60,000 bases of DNA from positions 1,428,001 to 1,488,000 of the forward strand of contig NW_024704742.1 of the NCBI RefSeq assembly GCF_018977255.1, given 5' to 3'. The translations under genes were made by a program, and so were the position numbers. Below the pieces are notes generated by a model. It ran no database searches, had not been told where the DNA came from, and was given only the letters and a program-made list of their open reading frames with translations. Shown here piece after piece: positions 50,201 to 60,000 of the stretch. Numbering within the stretch: the first letter of the stretch is position 1; the number at the start of each line of letters is the position of its first letter. The DNA is from Callorhinchus milii. Taxonomy: Eukaryota.

Positions 50201-53200
50201 CTGTGCCTATGAAATGGAGATAAATGTTGTATTATTCCTTGGAGCAGTCAGGGAAAGGCAGAAAAGAGAGAGACTGAGTCACTTGTGACCAGAAACAAGC
50301 TTTCACGATAAGGCACGCACAAGTGTGGGAAAACAATCTGATTAAACTTCACTTAAATAATCAATAAAACACCCACGTCACAATCTGTGACCCAAAAGGT
50401 ACAATCTGTTTATCGAGTTTTAATAATGAGATCTAAGATCTGACACACAGAGACAACAAACAGCCTCCGGTAAATCCTACACTATACAGCACACGTCCAA
50501 GGCACGGTGCAATGGTCTCAGTCTAGAAGATTACTTGCAAGTAACAAGGTAAGAGTGGAACCTTTGACATCCAAGGGAAGCCTGCAGGATTGGGAGGATA
50601 AACCAGGCAGACAGATATAATAATAATAATAATAATAATCCTTGATTTGATACCCAGTGATATGTGATAACATTTACAGCTGTGGCTCAAAATTCCAGCA
50701 TTGCTACGAGTAATATACCATTTCACTCTCAGTATCGGCCTCTTCAAGATCAAACAATTAGAAGAACTATGAATCCATTTAACATTTTATTGCAATTTTG
50801 TAGATTTAAAAAAAGCACTAATTTAAAGAGACACTAATCTGCCTGGCAGTTAGTACTGGCGTGCGTTACATGGAAAAATCACACTCCGGGGGCCAAGTTC
50901 AATTGCTTTGTCTATGAGAACATGGGACTTATTAATGAACTGAGGTAGCTTTCCTTCAAGGTGAATGTCACTTTAACTGGTGGCAATTAGGTTAAATCTT
51001 CAGGTGGAGTGACTTTGCCAATTTTTCAGATGGACTTGGACCGCGACGGCTGTTAAGACTTAAGTTTTCCTTTTCTTAAAAAAAAAGGTTTCTTCTTCCC
51101 TTCTTCCTTGTCGCTCCAAAACACTGGCCCACGTGAAGGGCACTATATAAACGCAAGCTGTTATTGTCGAGTGTCCCCACATCACAACGCATTACCCCAT
51201 TCAGCTGCGAGGAAGTGATGTGCTGCCAAGTCCTCTGTGACTGCGGCTCTGAGCTTGGCCACCAGTAAGCAATCTAAGGTGTCTCTGCCATTGATTATAC
51301 CTGTGGGCCCCAGCAATGGAGCTGAGACGAACTGGAGGAGACTAGAGTGCTGGTCGATTGGGTTCCTATCTACTGCACCAACAGGAGCAGCTGTTTTAAC
51401 ACAAGTCCAAGAGGCATAGGATGTCAATCAAATCCAACCTACTGTGCAACCTAAAATATATCTTAAGATCGTGTTTGAAGTTGGAGAATTAATCAGACCA
51501 ATTAATTAAGCCTGCAACCTTGGCAAATATTATTACTCTCCATTCCCGTTCTCAAGACTCAAACGCAAATCCTAAGCTGACCCTCCAATGCAGTGTCGTC
51601 CTTCAGATGAAATGTTTAATCAAGCTCCCGCCTGCCTGGTCAAGTGACATTAAAGATCCTTTGACACTGCTCGAAAAGAGAAGGAAGTTTCTCAAGATGT
51701 CCTCGCTGATGATCCTCATTCACTTCACCGCTGTTCGTGAGATTGCTGTATGCAAATTGCCTGCTCCATTTGCCCGCAAATGTGCAGTCACTACACTTCA
51801 GAAACTTTGTGAAGCGCTTTGAAATGTTCTCAATATTATACCTAAGTAGACAGGTGATTATTTTATTATGAATAGCTTATTTCATTTGCTGGTGAACATC
51901 TTGATTTCAAACTGTGAGCGCAGAGGACAACATCTGCAAAGCCAGCTGGAGAGGGTTGACTGAACCTCACCATAAGTGGCGTTGTCAGAAGCTACTGAAA
52001 CATTCCAGCCGACAATCACAGGCAAACTTGTGATTTCAACTATAGTATATTTGCGATGCCAAGTCCCTCAAATAGCTCAGTTCTTCCAATAATCTTATTG
52101 TGAAGAATGTTTCTGGTAATGACTATTTATATCAGAACAGTTCCTCTTCTGAACCCATATGCTCAAGGGAGGAAAGACAAACTCATCCATTATCCATCAC
52201 TACCCAGTGACTAATGCCTTTGTGGAAGACATGACTGGCTGCTTGTTTGCCGAGGACGGTGTTGAACTCAAAGGTGCAGCCTTTCTGGGTTGAATCTGAT
52301 GCTAACATTCACTAAGTTGATCCCCAAATGGAGAAGACCCATGTAGGCCAGGTTCCCAAGGGAGAGCAGCAACCCATGGAGCTCACTCTGCTGAACATCA
52401 GCACCTTCAGGAAAACACCAGGCGTGATAAAATAACCACTTCACCTCCTTCATTCAGAGGCCAAAAAATAAATAAACCTCTAAAGCGATTCTGTCAAAAT
52501 GACTTTCATTTCCCAGCAAAAAAAAAACCTTTCAATGTGAGAGATCACGTCGCTGACATTCGTTAAGTGGATTCACACAAAGCACTCGGAGTGCTATCAA
52601 GTTGTTGTTGTAGATCCTCTACCAGACTAAGGAATGGATGATCTGGACTTGCATTAAGCTTGCTCCAATATCCTTTTTATATCACCCATGTAGAATTGCT
52701 TCTTTATCGCATGTGCAGCTGAGTTGAAAAGACCCTTAGCCGTTGTCCCCCACACCCCATAATCCTCTGTTCCTTCCCCCTTTATGTACCATCAAGATTC
52801 CTCTGAAATGCAACGATGCTTTCTGGTTCAAGCACAGCTTCTGGCCGTGAGTTCCACATTCCCGCCAGGATTCCTGCATTATTATTGCAAGAGTACTTTC
52901 TGCATCGCCCCTGCAATAAAACGAGGCCATCCTGGCACATCCAGTGAACATTCCTCCAGTATCCTGAGGTGACTCTCCATTCTGCTTTCAGTACCATCAG
53001 CAACTGAGGCAGCTGGTAGTAAAGTACCCCCTCCACCCCCCCCCCCCACACACGCACAACACCCACACACGTGGGGAATGGCCTGAGCTGCCGCCTGGCC
53101 CAGGCCAACAATTACTTTTGCGGTGATGAGTTGTAGAGACATTTCTCCTCACAGCAACTCTGGTGTTTTGCAGCCACACGATTTGTTCATGTGCTGTCTG

Positions 53201-53352
53201 TCGCCCGTGTGTCCTGGGTATGAAGGTGGGCGGAAATTTGTCAGTGATCTGAGCCACTACCCTGGATGAATGCAAGCTGTTGTTGTTGTCAGATATGAAT
53301 ATTGATTTGGAAATAGCAGACCTTGCAGACAGTTGAGAAATTATCAGGCCTC

Positions 53353-53763
53353 CAACAACAACAACAACAACAACAAATTTCATTTATAGAGCGTCTTTCA
53401 AGTCGGGAGGACGTCCCAGAGCAATGAACAGTCAGATGTCGGGGCGCGAGCATGGGGGGGGGGTGGGGTAGGGGTGAGGTGGGAGAGAGACCAAAGGCAC
53501 GGTCGAAGAGAAGGGTCTTGAGACCGGCCTTGAAGGAGGCGAGGGAGGAAGCAAGCCAAAGGGACTGTGGGATGGAGTTCCAGAGTATGGGGGAGGAGAG
53601 GCTGAAAGCCCATCCACTGATGACAGGGCGGGTCGGGCGGGAGACATGGAGCAGGCCGGAACCTGATGAGCGGAGGGAGCGGGCAGGTTGGTAGGGAGTC
53701 AGCAGGTCAGAGAGGTAGGAGGGGGCAAGGCCATGGATGGTCTTAAAGGTGAGAATGAGGATC
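53353..53763 (-). mobile_element. L2 LINE 3' end with (GTT)n tail
   Basis: (AAC)n at 53354-53375; reverse complement of the L2 C-terminus. Confidence 0.9.
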
Positions 53764-55219
53764 TCCCTTCAAAATACACTTGGATATGGATGCTCTGCCA
53801 GGTGTTCGAGTCCATAGTTTAAGGAGAATTCTGACTGTTTTCCACTCAAGGAAAAATCCCACAAATTAGACTCAATTGCTGCGAATTCTAGCTCACAACG
53901 CACAGGGGCAACAACAAAGGGGTTGAAGAGAACTCATCTCAGTTCAAAGACGGCCTAAAACACTTGCTGCCCATCACCAGTTGGTGGAAGGAATTCATAT
54001 TTTATAACAAATTTTCCACACACATCTGAAGCAAACAAGGAGGATGACAGGCTTGTTAAATATAGATCGTTTTTTACATATTTTAAGAACAGTTTATATC
54101 TTTAGCAAGAAGAACCAAACCCAAAGTGAGAAGAGGGGAAGGAAATGAGTGATAATTAGTCTGCTGTAACAGAGGTGCTCAGCACAAAATTTATTTTGGC
54201 ATTGGTAGCTGTCTGTGAAAACGACAAGCCATAGAAAGCATGGCAGAGGTACTTGATGAGTATTTCACCTCAGTATTAACAGAAGAGAGTGGTAGTGAGA
54301 CATTGAATGTACGAGCTGTGCAGCAATTAGAAGGGATGACTATAGAAAAGGAAGTGGTGTGAAAGAATCCCTTCAGAATGTCAACCCCACTTGTCCTCCC
54401 ATCATAGCATCGAGCTGCTTTTTAAATGAGTCCAGTGACCTGGCCTCAACCACTCTTCCTCGCAACCTGTTACTCACTGAGTAAAGAAAAGCTTCCTGGT
54501 ATCTGTCCTGAAATTGCTCTTTGAAACTCTAAACCTATGTCCCATTGTTCCACCGTCTCAAACTGGTAATATTATATGGCAAATTTAAAGAGCCACAATG
54601 GCCGTGCTTTTCTACCAATGTGATTTTGTTAAATCGTAGGGGCTGTTCTCTCACCTTGGCTCCTTAGTTCTGATCCACTGTACTGTGGGAATGAAATTAT
54701 TCCTCTGCTCATACGGGCATGCATTTCAATGGAACTTGTACAATGAAACTCCTGTTGATTAGATCTGCTCCGTTTGTCAGCACAAGCAAGCTGCTTAAAC
54801 ATACAGGAAATTATATTCCTCCATGAAAATGTTGGGCCCCAGCACTCATCTGACATAACATGTAGCTTGCAGACAACTCCACAATCAATTCAAGCAGAAC
54901 GAGATCTCAAATAGCCTGCAGTTGCTAATGCCTGGAAGTCATTCTGTATAATTGCTAGGCTGGAATGTTTGAGCATGTCTGATTTTCCTAATAATAATAA
55001 TCCTTGCATTTGGAACTGGAACTCCATCCCACATTCCCTTTGCCTTGCTCCCTCCCTTGCCTCCTTCAAGGCACGCCTCAAGACCCTCCTCTTCAACCGT
55101 ACCTTCAGCCACCCTCCTACCTTCTCTGCCCTCCACCCTCCCCGATCCCACCCCGCCCCCACCCCAACCCCTTAATAGATGAAAGATGCTTTTTGAAATG
55201 TAACTTTATATTGTATATT

Positions 55220-55460
55220 GTATTGCTATGGCGCCTTATCATGTTGTTGAAACATCTCAAAGCGCTGCACAGAATATACTGTAAAGTGAATTAACTGTAC
55301 ATTTTGTGGATGAAATGCAGCAGCCACATTCTACTAAGTTCTACTTACCTTAAGGTAAACAGAGGTGTTTGGAAACTTGCCTAAGGTTTCACCCCACATG
55401 GGAATCAAACCCAGGGCCTTTTGCTTGCTTGGTGAGTGCTCTAACCACTACACTACCAGA
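55220..55460 (-). mobile_element. tRNA-derived SINE with an internal deletion
   Basis: Tail, partial body and head are recognisable. Confidence 0.8.
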
Positions 55461-56289
55461 CATCAGAGCCACAGACATGGTAAAGCAATGAATCGATAGG
55501 ATGTTACCTGTTTTTCGGATCAGGAATTCCAAACCATTCGCTCGTTCAGGTAGCTGTTAAGAATGCTATGATATAGTATTCTAAAAAAAAAGGGAATTTG
55601 TCTTAGTGGCATGTCCAACAATCCTCCTGTTAAATTGATCGTTTGCCTCTGTGCCGTTTGTGGCTCTTCTAATTAATAGCCACATCACTTCCCAGGATTA
55701 TTTTGCTTTAAAGAGCTCATTTGTCAACTACTTTGTAAAGGCCTCCTGTAGCAGAACCTACAAGAGCTTGAAATTGTTGCTTCAGAGCTTGTTAGTATCT
55801 GAGAATCTAATAAACATCCTCTTAGTGCTTACAACATGTCTCATGGGGAGTGGGGGGGTCTCTGATTTATTCCACAATCAGTGAGAACCTTATTATACTC
55901 CTTTGGATGTTTTCAATCAACTGTGACTTAGTGCTTGTTAGGTATTGTATAACTGAATCCTGCTACAATTTTACTGTGGTTTAATTTGTGACAATGTTAA
56001 CCTGGGTATCATTTCAGCTCCCTTTACTGTTTTAGCACAATTTTCATTATATCTTACTGTATTTTCCTTAAATTAAACATGCTAGAGAGTGAGCAAATAA
56101 CAACGATATAGCCCTGGAGCTCGTAGGACAGCAAAAAACCAACTTATTTTGAGGACCTCTGGTGATTCCTTTGGACAAGATTCTGTTGCTTTAAAAAGGG
56201 CCCGGTGAGAATCTGAGCCATCCAGGCCGGGAAGGAACACTGTGAAGCGTGATGCGATACGCCGAGGCTCTTCAGTCTTGAAAAGAGGT

Positions 56290-56590
56290 GTCGTGTCTCA
56301 GATGGAACCTGATAGAGGTGTACAGAATTTTAAATGGGATTCAGAAAATGAAACCCAGAACAATACTTTCAGACGCATAGATACGGTAGATTCAAGAAGA
56401 CACGGGTTTAGGAACGCGAAAGGAAATTTCTGGACAGACAGTAAGTGTTTCTTTACCCAGAGGGTAGTTAACGACTAGAAAAGTTGCCCGGAAGGGTGTC
56501 TGAGGCCAGGACACGACACAGTCAAAAAGCACAGCTTGACGCTATGATGGGCATACAGTAGGGTGGGTGTTCTGGAAGGATGAGATCAGG
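56290..56590 (+). mobile_element. CR1 LINE 3' end
   Basis: LIEVYRIL and FFTQRVVND motifs. Confidence 0.8.
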
Positions 56591-58890
56591 CAATAATAAT
56601 AATAATAATGATTGTAGTTCCTATAATCATCGCTGTAACGAGGACTGTGAATAAGACTATTTAGAAATGGCTTGACAAAATGCCTGGTGAACAAAACATC
56701 AACCTCTTGCAGAACGCGGCTCGTTTAGGAAGCTCAAACATACTAAGAAAAGTAACATCCATTCCTATGTAACGTGACAAAGTTATTGGTCTGGCTAAAA
56801 AAAAACACACTTAGAAAATAATTCAGCGGAGCAATTTAAACTGTAATAACATTATAGTAATAATAATCCTTGCATTTGATTTAGTGCCTTATCATGCCAT
56901 TGAGACATTTCAAAGTACTTTGGCAGTCAATGATTAGCTATGATATTAACAATAACAATAACGATCCTTAAGTTTGATATAGTGCATGTCAGGAGGACCA
57001 TTCAAAGCATTTCACAGGATTTACAGCGGAGTTTAATGATGGAGTCTTCTATAGTCAAATAAACAAATGATGCATGTGCACAGGTGTCCCTCTAGCTGGA
57101 GACAAACTCGGCAGCGGCTCAGGGAAGCAGGTTTCTGGAAGAAACAATTTTTTTTTTAAATGCTCGACCGGCGAAATTGAGGCGGGCGGGACTGCAGCGA
57201 GCTCCACATGCCAGCGCCAGCAACTGTGTCTTAAGATGCATTCATCTCTCTTAAGTTAAAGCTAAAGCTATTGAACCTCTAATGGGGTAGGAGGGGACAG
57301 GCACAATGGAGGTCTGCCTGGGGCGGCTCATTATCCTGAGCGGCTTCCGCGCGTGCAGTCTGTACCAGCGGAGTTTTGGATGGAATGGCCAAGCGGCAGC
57401 ATGAAACACAAACAGAAAGAGAACGAAATAATCTCCTATCCTGACAGCCCGTGTTCTGCGGCCAGCCATGCACACCCATAAATCCTGACGTTATCATCCA
57501 CGCATTGAAAATAAAAGAGGCAAACAGACCCCCCAAAACAGGTACTGTACTATCAAGCTAATTCCGTCCCAATTGATCCTAATCCACGCAAATGCTTCTG
57601 AGCTGAACCCTGAAATGGGTTGGGACATAGGACACATGTTGTGACCTTGACAATGCCTCAGTCTATTCCCAGCACGTGTTGAGCCTTATTCAGAGCCCAA
57701 TAATAACCCAAATGTGACTCCATTATTCTGCTCTTCCTTCTGAAGGCTTGAGAAACAATTACATTATCTTGTAATATAATGCTCAGCCCTGGCATCCTTC
57801 CAGTGGTAATTGACTCGGCGACAGCGTTTTCACTGTTTGTCTGGGACTGATCTTGTTAAAACCCTCCGGAGGATTTCTTTGTGATGATCATTTACTCTGA
57901 GCTGCTTAGAGCCATCACTCACAGCTTTTGGGTGACGTGCTGTGCTCCTGCTCCCTGTGCACTTTGCTCAGGTCACCTCAGAACCAGTCTAAAGGCTTCC
58001 AAGGATATTCTGGAGTGAGACTATCAAAGTGACACATGTTAAATGATAAGGTGAACGGGCTGGAAAATGGGAATTAAAAAAAAAGGGTGATTTTTAGTAC
58101 CTTCTGTACTGAAAATGTCTGTGTTTCTATACAGCAATGTTATATTAATTAAAGAGCGATGGGCCACAGAAGATACCTGAAATGTTATTAACACAATGTA
58201 GTGTGCAATACCTATTTCAAATGGCGAAGTGAAGAATGTTTTTGACTGAGCAGAAAAATATCGCCTGTTGGCGTCCGAAGAGGAGTCAGGTTGGTCTGTC
58301 GTCAGCAGTGGGTTGGAATACCGAGGGTCTGCCTGGTTTAGCACCACAGAGACCGCCACAGAGGGATGACTTTATTCCAACATAAAATTGCCACATGTCA
58401 TTTTGGAGCCAGTCCACCCACAAGGAGAATCAATTTACCTTCTCCTCAAGAGGGTATAGTTACTGGCTGGTCATTTGGCATCCAGCAAGCACAGGTTTGA
58501 GCCCACTTTATGTGGATAGGAGGTAACAGGAACTTACTGTGAACTTTCTGCAGAAGACAGAGTGGGTAGAGAGGAGTCCATGATAGGGTAGGTTTAGGAA
58601 ACAGCAGCTTTTGATGGGCTAAATGGCTTTTGTCATTTACATTCTTCTCATTGCAAAACAAATGGATAACCCAAGTTGAATCTAATTCAGCCAATTCTGT
58701 AGTGTAAAGGTGCTTTTTTGCTTAATTTTTATTACAGAAGTACATTTGCGAGGGCATTGGGAAGACAACGGGATTGGGTTCAAATAGAGTACATTGCTGA
58801 ACGGGAGATCTCTCCAAATAATGCAAGCGGATCTTAAAAGTAATAACAAGGCAGATCTGGATGGAAGGCAGGACCTGTTAAATACTCTCC

Positions 58891-59108
<218 letters not shown>

Positions 59109-60000
59109 TACTTGCTTGCTTTCTCTCTCTCTCACAGACATACAAAGGTATTTTAAGTGCTGCAATGGATAGGTTGTATTCTGAGAGAGGCATAATTTTT
59201 AACTTTGTTCCTCTCAAACATTTCTATACTTTGTGTGACAAGACGATTAAACCCAAGTTTACGACAATTGCTGCACTATTCTGAGCTATAAAGAAAAACA
59301 AAAAAGCAATATAAAATAAGAATAATCAAAAGGTGACCTCTCTGACGAGTTCACGACTCACCAGTTATGCAATGTGCGTAAGTCAAAAATCAGCTAAAAC
59401 GCATCCTGGAAGCAGAGAGCAATACGATCAGTTAACATACATAAAGTCATCTGTGTTGTGACCTTATCACAAATGCCACATGACATTGCCATCCATAGCT
59501 TCCTCCAGCTTTTGTCTGTAACAAGGTCAGTAACAACATAAAGTTTTTTTTATGGTCTGATACGCACGGAAACCTAATGCTGTGTTTTGAGTATCAAACT
59601 ACTTTGAATTGTGTATATATAGGGAAATCTCCATTGATCTGAAATGTATTGTGCACTCTTGTCATAGATGGATGCACACTGTTTAGGAGACTAAAGGTAG
59701 AAAAACCAGATAGCAGTGCTAAAATGAAAGATACTCACAGTCGCACCATTTATGGCCTCAAAACACACAGTCAATCCACTTTACAGTTTGTCCTGTGAAG
59801 CACTTTGAGACATCTCAGTGACAGGATAAGGCACTATCGCAAATGCAAGGATTATTATTATGTTACTGTTGTCATAATTTCCGTGATATATCTACCCATC
59901 CACGTAGGCCTGGTAAGAAATCAGCACAATAGATACGCAGCTTGTTTGTTCCTGCTGTGGCAATACTTTTCTACCCTCATTTATATCCCATTCAAACAGA

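Noticed and set aside
53116..53321. Open 206-nt minus-strand exon, phase-compatible with 48897-48817
   Set aside because: It contains an L2-type tail (AATGCAAGCTGTTGTTG), its splice sites are weak, and no upstream exon joins in frame.

Overview
Repeat-dense vertebrate genomic DNA, most likely from a cartilaginous fish. This is inferred from tRNA-headed SINEs with Deu-domain/L2 tails, many L2 and CR1 LINE fragments, and HE1/HER1-type CR1 tails. I recognise no confidently assignable protein-coding gene; most ORF-track entries are LINE debris, SINE or microsatellite artefacts. Three stretches are not explained by these repeats. (1) A U2 snRNA-derived sequence at 40597, with a perfect 40-nt core including the branch-point-recognition motif. 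It sits in a CpG-rich, promoter-like region and shows possible remodelled downstream U2 elements plus a splice donor. (2) A ~4.5 kb island (about 23900-28410) of tightly packed, intronless, stop-interrupted frames on both strands, split by later L2/CR1 insertions, suggestive of an endogenous DNA-virus or large-element fossil. (3) Several isolated splice-site-bounded exon candidates, one chain of which spells a small signal-peptide/KR-cleavage precursor. Repeat boundaries are approximate and read by eye.
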